The notes beneath the pieces were generated by a model. The model was not told where the DNA came from and searched no databases. It saw nothing but the letters and a program-made list of their open reading frames with translations. The position numbers were made by a program, and so were the translations under genes. A stretch of 64,000 bases of DNA from Deltaproteobacteria bacterium (GTDB lineage Bacteria; Desulfobacterota_D; UBA1144; Nemesobacterales; CSP1-2), in assembly GCA_052390235.1 (NCBI GenBank), contig JBQTHB010000002.1, positions 64,001 to 128,000 of the forward strand. Reading direction: 5' to 3'. Below, one piece after another: positions 21,004 to 31,145 of this stretch (position 1 is its first letter; every line of letters begins with the position of its first letter).

Positions 21004-21909
21004 TCAATCCAGATTAGAGAGCCTCACTACTCTATCAAACCTCGCCTCAAGCTCGGCTCTCGTCATTTTAGCGAGCCTGCCTAGGCTGAAATCCTCAACG
21101 GTAAACGACGCCGCAACGCCTCCATAAACCACTGCGCGCTTGAAATCGCCGATGCCGGGCTTCCTCCCCAGCGACGCCAGATACCCCATAAAACTCCCGG
21201 CGAAGGTGTCTCCCGCGCCCGTCGGGTCAATCACCTCTTCAAGCGGGTAGCTCGGAGACCAGAACATCCCCTCCTCGGAGAACATGAGCGCCCCGTATTC
21301 GCCTCGCTTTACAATCAGTGTGGAGGGTCCCATCTGAAGTAGCCTCTTCGCCGCTTTTATAATCTTCGGCTCATTTGCTAAGTATCTCGTCTCGGAGTCG
21401 TTGATGATTAAAACATCAACGTGCCTGAGTACCTCTTTGAGGTCGTCTGGTTTGTTCTGTATCCAGAAATTCATCGTATCGCAGGCGACGAGCTTTGGGC
21501 TTTTCGCCTGCTTGAGGACATTTAGCTGGAGCTTGGGGTCAATGTTGGCGAGGAAGACAAAATCGGCGTCCCTGTAGTCTTCTGGGAGCGATGGACTAAA
21601 TTTCTCGAACACGTTGAGGTGAGTGGCTAGGGTTTTCGGGTCGGCGAGGTCAGAGCCGTATCTGCCGTGCCACCTAAAGGTCTGCCCCGGCGCTGTTGTA
21701 ACCCCCGACAGGTCAATCCCCCGCGCCCTGAATATTTGCAGGTGTTCCTTGGGAAAATCCTCCCCTACGACGGCGACAATTTTTACCTGTGTGAAAACAC
21801 TTGCGGCAACGGAAAAATAGGACGCTGAGCCGCCCAAAATATCGCGGGCTTCCCCGAACGGGGTCTCGATGGTGTCGAGAGCCATAGAGCCTACTACCAA
21901 TAAACTCAT
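21004..21909 (-). CDS. PfkB-family sugar/nucleoside kinase
   Basis: GGSASYF, KRGEYGA, DPTGAGDTFAG. Confidence 0.9.
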   Translation of the reverse strand: MSLLVVGSMALDTIETPFGEARDILGGSASYFSVAASVFTQVKIVAVVGEDFPKEHLQIFRARGIDLSGVTTAPGQTFRWHGRYGSDLADPKTLATHLNVFEKFSPSLPEDYRDADFVFLANIDPKLQLNVLKQAKSPKLVACDTMNFWIQNKPDDLKEVLRHVDVLIINDSETRYLANEPKIIKAAKRLLQMGPSTLIVKRGEYGALMFSEEGMFWSPSYPLEEVIDPTGAGDTFAGSFMGYLASLGRKPGIGDFKRAVVYGGVAASFTVEDFSLGRLAKMTRAELEARFDRVVRLSNLD

Positions 21910-22767
21910 CTAAACGTACCTCTCAATTAGTATATTTAATTTCTCTTTGACTTCATCCGAAATTGCGTCCCTTGGGGTGATTATCGCCGTCCCTAGCGCG
22001 CCCTCGCACGGACACGCCCTCTCGCCGTCCGGTATGAGCGAGACTGCTTTTTTTATTACCCCTCTGGCGAGTTCCACATTTTTCATAAGCGTCGCTATAA
22101 CGTCCTCGACTGTAACATCGGCGAGTCCCTCATGCCAGCAGTCGTAATCCGTCGAGAGGGCGAGAGTGGCGTAGCAGATTTCAGCCTCGCGGGCGAGTTT
22201 CGCCTCGGGCATATTGGTCATCCCGATAACGTCCACTCCCCATTTGCGGTATATATTGCTCTCCCCACGGGACGAGAACTGAGGCCCTTCCATGCACAGG
22301 TAGAGTCCGCCCTTGTGGACCATCGCCCCGGAATCCACAGAAGCCCTGTACAGGCAGTCCGAAAGAGCGGCGCACACGGGGTCTGCCATTGAAACGTGAG
22401 CGACTATCCCATCGCCGAAGAAAGTGGATTTACGCCCCTTTGTGTGGTCGAAGAATTGGTCTGGAATGACTATATGCCCCGGCGCGATTTCCTCCCTCAT
22501 GCTCCCTACGGCGCTTACCGAGATGATCCAGTCTGCCCCCAATTTCTTCATCCCATAGATGTTAGCCCGAAAATTGATTTCCGATGGCATTATTCGATGC
22601 CCCCTGCCGTGGCGAGGGAGGAATATCATCCTAGCCCCGCCGAGCGTGCCGGTGATGAATTCGTCTGACGGCGCGCCCCAAGGGGTGTCAACCTTAACGG
22701 AGCGGACGTCGGCAAGCCCTTGTATTTCGTATAGCCCGCTTCCGCCGATAACTCCGATGGTTTTCAT
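21910..22767 (-). CDS. mtnP: S-methyl-5'-thioadenosine phosphorylase
   Basis: GVIGGSG, TPWGAPSD, PRHGRGH, MEGPQFSS, GMTNMPEAKLAREAE, TDYDCWH. Confidence 0.94.
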   Translation of the reverse strand: MKTIGVIGGSGLYEIQGLADVRSVKVDTPWGAPSDEFITGTLGGARMIFLPRHGRGHRIMPSEINFRANIYGMKKLGADWIISVSAVGSMREEIAPGHIVIPDQFFDHTKGRKSTFFGDGIVAHVSMADPVCAALSDCLYRASVDSGAMVHKGGLYLCMEGPQFSSRGESNIYRKWGVDVIGMTNMPEAKLAREAEICYATLALSTDYDCWHEGLADVTVEDVIATLMKNVELARGVIKKAVSLIPDGERACPCEGALGTAIITPRDAISDEVKEKLNILIERYV

Positions 22768-22799
22768 AGACCCCCCGCCTGCGCTGTGGATTTCATCTT

Positions 22800-22828
22800 A
22801 AGCTAACATTCATTCAAATTGCGGTCAA
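22800..22828 (-). promoter_or_regulatory. Putative sigma70 promoter of mtnP operon
   Basis: TTGACC-17 nt-TAGCTT with extended TGn. Confidence 0.5.
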
Positions 22829-22984
22829 GCGGAGTTCCCGTTTAATCTCGCCAATATCGCTCTGTATCGGGGGGGGGGATTTAAGCTCATTAGCTGATGG
22901 GAGCCGGGCAGTACGCCGCGAGATTCCTCTAATGCCCATTTCGAGATGGGAGCCTCATCGCGGGCTATGAATCTTATGTTAGGC

Positions 22985-23611
22985 TCATCCAAGGAGCAGA
23001 TTCAGCGAGAACCGCAGGTTCGAGTACTTTCTGATGGCGAAATTATCCCAAAAAACGCACGTGCCAAGGAGGATAAACTTCCCGGCTCCGAAGGGGGTTT
23101 CGGCGGCTATTAATGTGCCGGATTCGGTGGAGACTAGCGGTTTTCCGCCCTCGGATGAGACTTTCACCGAGCCTGCGCAGGGGAAAAGCGCCCTCTCAAC
23201 CCCTTCGCTGAAGGAGAGAATTCGGGAGGTTACGGGCAGGAGGTCGTCTCCCTGGTCATTTGCATTTTTATCGCGCACTTTGTCCCCAAGCAGAGAAAGC
23301 CCGAAATGCTCGGCTAGGGTGTTGATGCGGTCGGCGATTCTGTCTTCGTTGTTGTAGTATCCGGCGATGATGACCTTTCCGCCCGCTTCGGCGTATTTTT
23401 TTACGAGCTTGACCTCGGTTTTATTGAACGGCTCTTCGGGGTAATTCAGCACGAGAACGTCAAATCCGCCGGCGTCTTTGATGGATGTGATTTCGGCGAC
23501 GGACGCTCCGGCTTCCTTAATTTGGGATTTGAGAGTAGAGAAATAGTAGTGGTCTTCTATCGTGAATTCGAGATGAGAAATATCCCATGCGATTTTTATC
23601 TTCTTAGCCAT
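22985..23611 (-). CDS. Hypothetical protein, GATase-like/DUF4350-type fold
   Basis: WDISHLE, DVLVLNYPEEPF, GGKVIIAG, GKFILLG, NLRFSLNL; GGAG SD. Confidence 0.6.
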   Translation of the reverse strand: MAKKIKIAWDISHLEFTIEDHYYFSTLKSQIKEAGASVAEITSIKDAGGFDVLVLNYPEEPFNKTEVKLVKKYAEAGGKVIIAGYYNNEDRIADRINTLAEHFGLSLLGDKVRDKNANDQGDDLLPVTSRILSFSEGVERALFPCAGSVKVSSEGGKPLVSTESGTLIAAETPFGAGKFILLGTCVFWDNFAIRKYSNLRFSLNLLLG

Positions 23612-23874
23612 TGCCGCTCCAGCGAGGTGATTTCTGAGGCGATGATTCTAACATCCCACCCGAAGAGCGCAATATCTCGCGCAAGTAGCCACTGCATTGA
23701 GGGGCGTTATTTGGGATAAATGAGCTAGGGGATTGAGCGGCGGGGGGTTGCTTCCTAACACTTCGCCTATCGAAGGGCTTGACGCTCGCCCGCTCTCTCT
23801 TTAATCGAGGCATCGAACTTTTACTCTGAAAACCTCGAGCTTTGAGCGCGGCGCCTCCGGTTATCGCTCTATAC

Positions 23875-25179
23875 TCAGTTACCGATGCCTACGCCGAAGT
23901 ATTTAAATCCGAGGGTTTTGAGCTTTTTCGGGTCGTAGAGGTTTCTGCCGTCGAAAATCACGGGAGATGCCATGACCTCTTTCATCTTATCGAAGTCGGG
24001 CTGTCGGTACTCGCTCCATTCCGTGTGAATCAGGAGCGCCTCCGCCCCTTGGCATACGTCGTAGTTTGATGCGGCGAATTTTATCCTGCCGCCGAGCAGC
24101 TCTGCCGCTTTGGGCATGGCGATGGGGTCGTGCGCTATGACCTCGGCTCCGGCCTCAATGAGTCTATCAATTACGTAGAGCGAGGGGGCTTCTCTGAGGT
24201 CGTCGGTGTTGGGCTTGAAGGATAGTCCCCAAACGCCAAATTTTCTGCCTCGCAGGTCACCGCTGAAATATTGCCTTATCTTATCCCAAAAACGCTCCCT
24301 CTGATGGGAATTTACGCTGTCAGTCGCCTCGGATACCTTCAGCGCATAGCCCAAATCGCGGGCGGTCTTAATCAGCGCTTTGACGTCTTTCGGGAAGCAC
24401 GACCCCCCGTAGCCGACGCCAGGATAGAGAAACGCCCTGCCGATTCTGCCATCCGCCCCGACTATCCCCCTCACCTCGGATACGTCCGCCCCGATAAGTT
24501 CGCACAGATTGGCAATTTCGTTCATGAATGAGATTCTCGTGGCGAGCATGGCATTTGCGGTATATTTGGCAAGCTCCGAAGACCTGATGGATACAACCAT
24601 CGCCCTATCGGCTGAGCGCATGAAGGGGGCGTAAAGCTCCTTTAGCACGGCTCCGACTGATGCTTTGTCCACGCCTATTACGACACGCTCAGGCTTCATA
24701 AAATCCTCTACCGCCGAGCCTTCTTTGAGGAACTCCGGGTTAGAGGCGACATCAAACTCCGCGCCGGAAACCTCTTTTATAGCGGCGTGAATCCTCTCGG
24801 TCGTCCCGACTGGCACGGTGCTTTTCGTAACCACAATCTTGTAGCTCTTTAAGGATTTCCCTATCGAGCGCGCCGCCGAGAGAACCGCACCCACGTCCGC
24901 CGAGCCGTCGCTCTGGGGGGGAGTGCCAACGGCGATAAAAACGACAAAAGACTTTTCAATCGCTTCGGCGAGGTTTGTGGTGAACTGAATACGCCCTTCC
25001 TTGAAATTCTTATGCACCAACTCCTCAAGCCCCGGCTCGTAAAAGGGGACGACTCCCGCCTCGAGATTCTGGATTTTGCTCTCGTCAACATCAACGCAGA
25101 TTACGTTATTTCCGCTTCCGGCAAAGCACGCTCCGGTTACAAGCCCAACATATCCGCTCCCGATAATGGCGATATTCAT
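23875..25179 (-). CDS. ugd: UDP-glucose 6-dehydrogenase
   Basis: GSGYVGLV, KSTVPVGT, SNPEFLKEG, GYGGSCFPKD, FKPNTDDLRE. Confidence 0.95.
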   Translation of the reverse strand: MNIAIIGSGYVGLVTGACFAGSGNNVICVDVDESKIQNLEAGVVPFYEPGLEELVHKNFKEGRIQFTTNLAEAIEKSFVVFIAVGTPPQSDGSADVGAVLSAARSIGKSLKSYKIVVTKSTVPVGTTERIHAAIKEVSGAEFDVASNPEFLKEGSAVEDFMKPERVVIGVDKASVGAVLKELYAPFMRSADRAMVVSIRSSELAKYTANAMLATRISFMNEIANLCELIGADVSEVRGIVGADGRIGRAFLYPGVGYGGSCFPKDVKALIKTARDLGYALKVSEATDSVNSHQRERFWDKIRQYFSGDLRGRKFGVWGLSFKPNTDDLREAPSLYVIDRLIEAGAEVIAHDPIAMPKAAELLGGRIKFAASNYDVCQGAEALLIHTEWSEYRQPDFDKMKEVMASPVIFDGRNLYDPKKLKTLGFKYFGVGIGN

Positions 25180-25317
25180 TCGACGCTCTCCTTAGTGAAT
25201 TTTCGTTTTTTTTCCTGTGGAAATTGGCAGAGGAATCTACGGTCAACTGAGATAATAATCCTCCGGTTCGGCTTTTTGTCAACCTCTGCCGCTATCGGGC
25301 GGTATGCGGGGAATTCT

Positions 25318-27942
25318 CTAATTCAGCAGGCTCGCCGCTCCTGCGCGCCGGACTCTCATCTTTGAATCGCCCGTGAACGTGAACTCTCCATTTATATCTG
25401 CGTCCACGATAATCTTAGCGCCATCCTTAAATATTCCCTTCAGAATTTCCACGGCAAGCGGGTTTTCGATGAGCCTCTGTATGGTGCGTTTGAGCGGCCT
25501 AGCCCCATAGACGGCGTCGTACCCCCTCTCGGTGAGCGACTCCTTGGCTTCTTCCGTTATTTCCAGCTCGATTTTCCTCTCGGCAAGCCTCTGCCTGAGA
25601 TAATTTAGCTGGATGTCGGCAATCGCTTTTATCTGGCTTCTGCCGAGCGGGCGGAATATTATCGTCTCGTCCACGCGGTTTAGGAACTCAGGCCTGAACG
25701 ACGCCCTCATCACCTCCATAACCCTTTGGCGCATCAGCCCCTCATCCCCCATAAGCTCTTGAATGTACTGGCTTGCGAGGTTCGATGTCATGATAATTAT
25801 CACGTTTCTAAAATCAACCGTGCGCCCCTGCCCGTCGGTAAGCCTGCCGTCGTCGAGAATTTGAAGCAGGAGGTTGAACACATCTGCGTGCGCTTTTTCA
25901 ATCTCATCAAATAGGATTACTGAATAAGGGCGGCGTCTTACGGCTTCGGTGAGCTGTCCCCCCTCGTCGTAGCCCACGTATCCGGGCGGGGCGCCTATGA
26001 GCCTCGATACGGCGTGTTTTTCCATGTACTCGCTCATATCAATCCGCACCATCGCCCCTTCGTCGTCAAACATGAACTCGGCTAAGGCTCTGGCAAGCTC
26101 AGTTTTCCCGACCCCCGTAGGCCCCAAAAATATGAACGAGCCTATCGGGCGTTTCGGGTCTGCGAGTCCCGCGCCTGAGCGTCTGAGGGCGTTCGACACC
26201 GCCCCTATAGCCTCTTGCTGCCCCACGACGCGGCGGGCGAGCCTCGCCTCCATCTGTATCAGCTTCTCTATCTCTCCCTCCATGAGCCTGGAGACGGGAA
26301 TCCCCGTCCACTTGGATGTGATTTCGGCTATATCCTCGGAGTCAACCTCTTCTTTGAGCATTTTCCTCGTGCTTTGAATCTCGGCAAGGGCTCTGCCGAG
26401 GTCGTCGAGTTCTCTGTTCAGTAGCGGGAGTTTTCCGTATAGAATCTCTGACGCTTTTGAGAGGTCGGACTGCCTTTGCGCCCTCTCAGCCTCGATTTTC
26501 ACTTGGTCAATTTCCTGCTTGACGCGCCGAATCTCGCGGATTTGCTCCTTCTCCCTCTGCCAGTGGGTTTTGAGTCCCATCAGTTCCTCTTCGAGATTTG
26601 CGATTTGCCTCTCGATTTGGGCGAGTTTGTCTCTTGAGGCGTCTTCTTTTTTGAGGGCTTCGCGCTCGATTTCAAGTTGCATCCGGCGGCGCTCTTTCTC
26701 GTCAATCTCGACGGGCATGGAGTCAATTTCCATCCTCAGGCGCGCGGCGGCTTCATCAATTAAATCCACCGCTTTATCTGGCATAAATCTCGCCGTGATG
26801 TATCTATTTGACAGAGTTGTGGCGGCGATGAGGGCTTCGTCCTTAATTTTGACCCCGTGATGCACCTCGTATTTCTCCTTAAGCCCGCGCAGGATTGAAA
26901 TCGTATCCTCGACTGATGGCTCTCCCACAAACACCTGCTGGAATCTCCGCTCAAGGGCGGCATCTTTTTCGATGTATTTTCTGAATTCATCCAGAGTCGT
27001 TGCCCCGACGCAGTGAAGCTCCCCGCGCGCAAGGGCGGGTTTTAGCATATTGGATGCGTCCATCGCCCCCTCTGCCCCTCCGGCGCCCACAACAGTGTGA
27101 ATTTCATCAATGAACAGAATTACCTCCCCTTGAAAGGCCGTAATCTCTTTCAGCACGGCTTTGAGGCGCTCCTCGAACTGCCCCCTGTACTTCGCCCCGG
27201 CTATGAGCGCGCCCAAATCAAGGGCAATGAGGCGTTTGTTTTTGAGTCCTTCGGGAACGTCGCCGTTTACGATGCGCTGGGCCAGTCCCTCGGCGATTGC
27301 CGTTTTACCGACCCCAGGCTCGCCGATGAGAACGGGATTGTTCTTAGTTCTTCGGGATATGACCTGAATCACGCGCCTGATTTCGTCGTCTCTGCCGATG
27401 ACGGGGTCTAGTTTTCCTTGGCGGGCAAGCTCGGTGAAGTCTCTGCCGTACTGTTTTAGGGCTTGGAAGGTGTCCTCAGGGGTTTGGCTTGCGACTCTCT
27501 GACCCCCGCGCGCATCGGACAGCGCTCGCAGAACCGCGTCTCTGCCCACGCCTGCGCGCCGGAGCTCGTTTTTTATCTCGCCCCCCGCGTTTTGAATCAA
27601 CCCCAGAAGCAGATGCTCCGTGCTTACGTACTCATCCCCAAGGGATTTTGCCTCCTGCTCGGCGGCGCTGAGGGCTTGGCTGAGTTCCCGGCTGAGATAT
27701 AATTTATCGCTCCCTCCGCCCTCAACCTTCGGCAGAAATCGGATTTCTCTTTGAGACATCTCTCTTAGGATTTGAGGGCTTGCCCCGATTTTTTTTATTA
27801 TCTCCGATGCCACCCCCTCTTCGACGAGCAGGGCGAGGAGCGCGTGTGGAATATCCACGAGCTGATTGCGCTCTCTCTGCGCCGTAGCCTGAGCTGTCTG
27901 CAGGGCTTCCTGCGCCTTAATTGTGAGTTTGTCGAGTTTCAT
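25318..27942 (-). CDS. clpB: Chaperone ClpB
   Basis: GEPGVGKT and GPTGVGKT Walker A motifs, GAKYRG and GYVG pore loops, long middle coiled coil; ATG 27942 (MKLDKLT) with GGAGAG SD. Confidence 0.97.
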   Translation of the reverse strand: MKLDKLTIKAQEALQTAQATAQRERNQLVDIPHALLALLVEEGVASEIIKKIGASPQILREMSQREIRFLPKVEGGGSDKLYLSRELSQALSAAEQEAKSLGDEYVSTEHLLLGLIQNAGGEIKNELRRAGVGRDAVLRALSDARGGQRVASQTPEDTFQALKQYGRDFTELARQGKLDPVIGRDDEIRRVIQVISRRTKNNPVLIGEPGVGKTAIAEGLAQRIVNGDVPEGLKNKRLIALDLGALIAGAKYRGQFEERLKAVLKEITAFQGEVILFIDEIHTVVGAGGAEGAMDASNMLKPALARGELHCVGATTLDEFRKYIEKDAALERRFQQVFVGEPSVEDTISILRGLKEKYEVHHGVKIKDEALIAATTLSNRYITARFMPDKAVDLIDEAAARLRMEIDSMPVEIDEKERRRMQLEIEREALKKEDASRDKLAQIERQIANLEEELMGLKTHWQREKEQIREIRRVKQEIDQVKIEAERAQRQSDLSKASEILYGKLPLLNRELDDLGRALAEIQSTRKMLKEEVDSEDIAEITSKWTGIPVSRLMEGEIEKLIQMEARLARRVVGQQEAIGAVSNALRRSGAGLADPKRPIGSFIFLGPTGVGKTELARALAEFMFDDEGAMVRIDMSEYMEKHAVSRLIGAPPGYVGYDEGGQLTEAVRRRPYSVILFDEIEKAHADVFNLLLQILDDGRLTDGQGRTVDFRNVIIIMTSNLASQYIQELMGDEGLMRQRVMEVMRASFRPEFLNRVDETIIFRPLGRSQIKAIADIQLNYLRQRLAERKIELEITEEAKESLTERGYDAVYGARPLKRTIQRLIENPLAVEILKGIFKDGAKIIVDADINGEFTFTGDSKMRVRRAGAASLLN

Positions 27943-28250
27943 TTTATCTCTCCCGCGGTAATGTCTATTCGTTACATAAAATATTGCCTCGCCGGCAGAA
28001 TTCAAGCCGAACCCAAGTTATGCCTCTGCGCTTTGAAATTATCATTGCAACTGTGAATGACGCACTTGACAAAGGTCCGATTTCAATATTAAATCTCCCC
28101 GGGCGAGTTGCACTGACTTCTTCGATAATTCGCCGATTCGGCGCGGGCTAATGCTAGTATAGACCATGCTTCTTGGCGCAAACAATCCCAGCTTGCCCAA
28201 TGGGTCTCATCTGTCAATCAAATCGCGAGACAACTTTCGGAGGGCGCATT

Positions 28251-29162
28251 ATGGGACTTAATATGAGCTATATCGGCTATGAATCCGAGCCTTACACCTA
28301 TAAAGTGAGCGAAGATGCGATTTCCAGATACGCATGGGCTATTGGGGCGCGCAATTTGGCTTATTATCATCACAATGGCTATATGCCAAAGCTCCCGCTT
28401 GTGGGGATGGCTCCTCCTACCTTTTCGGTGTCTCACGAAATATTGCTTACCGAGAAGCTCTGGTGCGACCCCGGTCTTCACGGCGGCGAGAGGGAAGCCG
28501 CTCATAATGTCCTAATGCTCGTTCACGGCGACCACGATATGCGCTTCCATAAACCAATCAAAGCCGGGGACGTTCTCACCTGCAAGGCTAAGGTAAAAAG
28601 CATCGAGGATAAAGGAAGCGGCGTCGTCCTAGTCGTCAGTGCTACCACTACTGACGATACAGGCGAGATGGTCGTAGAGTCCGATTGGGGGCTTTTTATC
28701 AGAGGCATCGGAAGCGGGCAGAAACCCTCAGGGGATAGAAAAGAGACGAAAAAAGAGCCGTCTGCCCCCGTTGAACCCCCTCAGCCAATATTCAGAAGAA
28801 TCGTCAGAGTCCCCAAAGACATCACCTACAAATACGCCGAAGCCTCGAACGACAGAAACCCCATACACGTAAATGAGCAGGTAGCCGCCGCCGCCGGTCT
28901 CAAGGGCATAATTGTTCATGGGCTTTGCACGCTTTCGATTTCAATGAGGGGAATCATAAGCTGTTATCTCGATGGAGACCCCCTGAGACTCAAGAGAATC
29001 TCCTGCAGATTCACAAGCCCGGTCTATCCCGGAGATACGCTAATCGTGGATGGCTTTGAATCCCCGGACAGAAACGGGAGAAAGTCCATAGGCTTCGAGG
29101 TTACGCGCAAAGAGGACGGCGTCAAGGTCATCAAAGGCGGACTCGCCGAGGCTGAGTTCTAG
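28251..29162 (+). CDS. Double hot-dog MaoC-type (R)-enoyl-CoA hydratase/dehydratase
   Basis: LVHGDH in N-terminal domain; ASNDRNPIH and IVHGLC in C-terminal domain; ATG 28251 preceded by GGAGGG. Confidence 0.85.
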   Translation: MGLNMSYIGYESEPYTYKVSEDAISRYAWAIGARNLAYYHHNGYMPKLPLVGMAPPTFSVSHEILLTEKLWCDPGLHGGEREAAHNVLMLVHGDHDMRFHKPIKAGDVLTCKAKVKSIEDKGSGVVLVVSATTTDDTGEMVVESDWGLFIRGIGSGQKPSGDRKETKKEPSAPVEPPQPIFRRIVRVPKDITYKYAEASNDRNPIHVNEQVAAAAGLKGIIVHGLCTLSISMRGIISCYLDGDPLRLKRISCRFTSPVYPGDTLIVDGFESPDRNGRKSIGFEVTRKEDGVKVIKGGLAEAEF

Positions 29163-29252
29163 TCGGGGGGATTTTTCCCCTCTGATTCCGGTCTTCCCGC
29201 GCCCGTTTGACCATATTGGCGGGCAACTCGTCCGCCGCTTGGGCTGATTTTA

Positions 29253-30965
29253 TTAGCCCCCGCTGTAGTCCATCTCAAATCCCCCGCCGCCCTCGGGATT
29301 TTGTTCCCCCGCCAATGCGTCATCGCTTCGCGCCGGGGCTTGCCGCTCGATTTCCTCTTCTAGCCTTGCAAGAAATTCATCGAGAGTTTTCCTGTCCAAT
29401 GCCGAGATGAGCGGGGCGTTGTAAATTCGCTGAAGCCTCGCGCCCGCGCCCGCCGCCGCCTCATCGGATTTATTAAACACGAGAAACCTTGGGGTCTGCC
29501 CGTAGCCCGCATCATCGAGTATCTTCTCAACGGAGTCTATTCTCTCCCCCACGTTTTCATCTCCCGCATTGGCGATGTGGACGAGTACCGTGGATTTGCC
29601 CAGTTCTTCGAGCGTCGCGCGGAAGGCGTTGACCAGTTCCTTGGGAAGCTCTCTGATGAATCCTACGGTGTCGGTGATGAGGACGGCTCTCCCTCTGGGC
29701 AGTAGGATTTTCCTCGTGGTCGGGCTGAGCGTTGAAAACAGCTTATTCTCGGCGATGACCTTCCCCCTGGTGAGCGCGTTAAATAGCGTGGATTTGCCGA
29801 CGTTCGTATATCCGATGAGGGTAACGACGGGGATTTGGGCTTCGACTCTGCGCTTTCTGGTATGCTCGCGCCGCCTGCTTATCTGCCCGATTTGCTTCTC
29901 AAGGGTCTCAATCCGCTTTCTGAGGGTGCGTCTCTGCTCTTCGAGTTTCTTCTCCCCTGGTCCGCGTGTGCCGATGCCGCCTCCGAGCTGCGATAGCTCA
30001 GCCCCTTTTCCCGTGAGCCGGGGGAGCATATATCGGAGCTGCGCAAGCTCGACTTGAATCTTCCCCTCGCTCGTTGCGGCGCGCTTGGCGAATATCTGCA
30101 GAATTAGCTGAGTCCTGTCAACCACCCTGAGGTTCGTCTCATCCGTTATGCCGCGCACCTGCGCCGGGGTGAGTTCGGTGTCGAAAATAAGTGTTTCCGC
30201 GCCGACTTGCTTCGCCTTGAGTATCACCTCTTCGAGCTTCCCTTTGCCAATTAAGTATCTGGGGTCGGCTTGCTTTCTCGCCTGCACGATTTTATCCAGC
30301 GCGATTTTATCCGCTGACTCCACGAGCGATTGCAATTCCGCCAGCGACTCCTCGGTTTCGGCTCTGAATCTCGTAGTGAACCCGACGAGAAACACCCCCT
30401 CTTTTTCGCTCCTCCCTCCGTACTCGAAATACCTCTTCTCCATCTCCCCTTCGATGGCTCGAATCAACTGCTCGAAGTCAACCTCAACCCTGCCGAGGTC
30501 GGGGAAATCCTCCGTGCGCCACATCTCCCCATCGGGATTCGGCGGGAGCAGGTGCGCGGTCTGAAACCTCCCCGCATCGCCTCCATCTCTCACTTCGAGG
30601 GCGGCTATTAGGTCTAGCCTCTCGTTGATGAGCGTAACGAGGTCTGGATGAGTGAGGGCGTGGGATTTTAGCTGCGTGCGGATGAGGCGGTATCCCCTGA
30701 GCCTGTATTTGGTGGCTCTGCCGCGCTCTAGGATTTCTGCAAACGGGATTTCGTGGGATTCACCGATGAAGACGCCCTCGATTTTCCCCCTGCGGTCTGC
30801 GAGGATACATACCGCTCTGCCGATGCCGTGCGAGATTTGGGACAGCGTGCGCCCAAGTTCGAGCGTGATGACCTGCTTCGGCGGGATTTTTCGGCGGTAG
30901 AGCCTTGAGAGGTCGTGAAGCTCGCTTGACTTGAGTCCTGAGGTGTTGCCGTGGATTTTATCTAT
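29253..30965 (-). CDS. hflX: GTPase HflX with long N-terminal extension, probable ATA start
   Basis: GGGIGTRGPGE, GYTNVGKST, DTVGF, NKSD; frame open up to ATA at 30965 with GAGGAGG 7 nt upstream and an in-frame TGA just before. Confidence 0.9.
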   Translation of the reverse strand: MDKIHGNTSGLKSSELHDLSRLYRRKIPPKQVITLELGRTLSQISHGIGRAVCILADRRGKIEGVFIGESHEIPFAEILERGRATKYRLRGYRLIRTQLKSHALTHPDLVTLINERLDLIAALEVRDGGDAGRFQTAHLLPPNPDGEMWRTEDFPDLGRVEVDFEQLIRAIEGEMEKRYFEYGGRSEKEGVFLVGFTTRFRAETEESLAELQSLVESADKIALDKIVQARKQADPRYLIGKGKLEEVILKAKQVGAETLIFDTELTPAQVRGITDETNLRVVDRTQLILQIFAKRAATSEGKIQVELAQLRYMLPRLTGKGAELSQLGGGIGTRGPGEKKLEEQRRTLRKRIETLEKQIGQISRRREHTRKRRVEAQIPVVTLIGYTNVGKSTLFNALTRGKVIAENKLFSTLSPTTRKILLPRGRAVLITDTVGFIRELPKELVNAFRATLEELGKSTVLVHIANAGDENVGERIDSVEKILDDAGYGQTPRFLVFNKSDEAAAGAGARLQRIYNAPLISALDRKTLDEFLARLEEEIERQAPARSDDALAGEQNPEGGGGFEMDYSGG

Positions 30966-31009
30966 ATTCGCGCCTCCTCATCGGGATAAAGCGGGTTTTA
31001 CGCAGGGAT

Positions 31010-31018
31010 ATTATAGCA
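31010..31018 (-). promoter_or_regulatory. Extended -10 promoter of hflX
   Basis: TGCTATAAT (TGnTATAAT) about 45 nt upstream of the ATA. Confidence 0.6.
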
Positions 31019-31145
31019 TTTTAATGCCAGAGGCGGCAGAGCGGGGGGATTGGCTTGAAAATGATTTCTCGAAGTATTGACTTTAAATTTCTCTTAACGT
31101 AATTATTAAAAAAGCGGCTTCATTTCAGAAAATACAGAGTATTTA

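Noticed and set aside
22869..22878. G10 homopolymer as a phase-variation switch
   Set aside because: Intergenic and ~40 nt upstream of the predicted -35; no evident effect on spacing or coding
27943..28005. ORF-track upstream starts for clpB (likewise trpS, leuA, MaoC, sugar transferase, bpsA)
   Set aside because: Downstream ATGs fit SD position and family N-termini better
31021..31145. attL duplication of tRNA-Ala 3' end
   Set aside because: No match to TGGTGGAGATGATGGGAATCGAA visible
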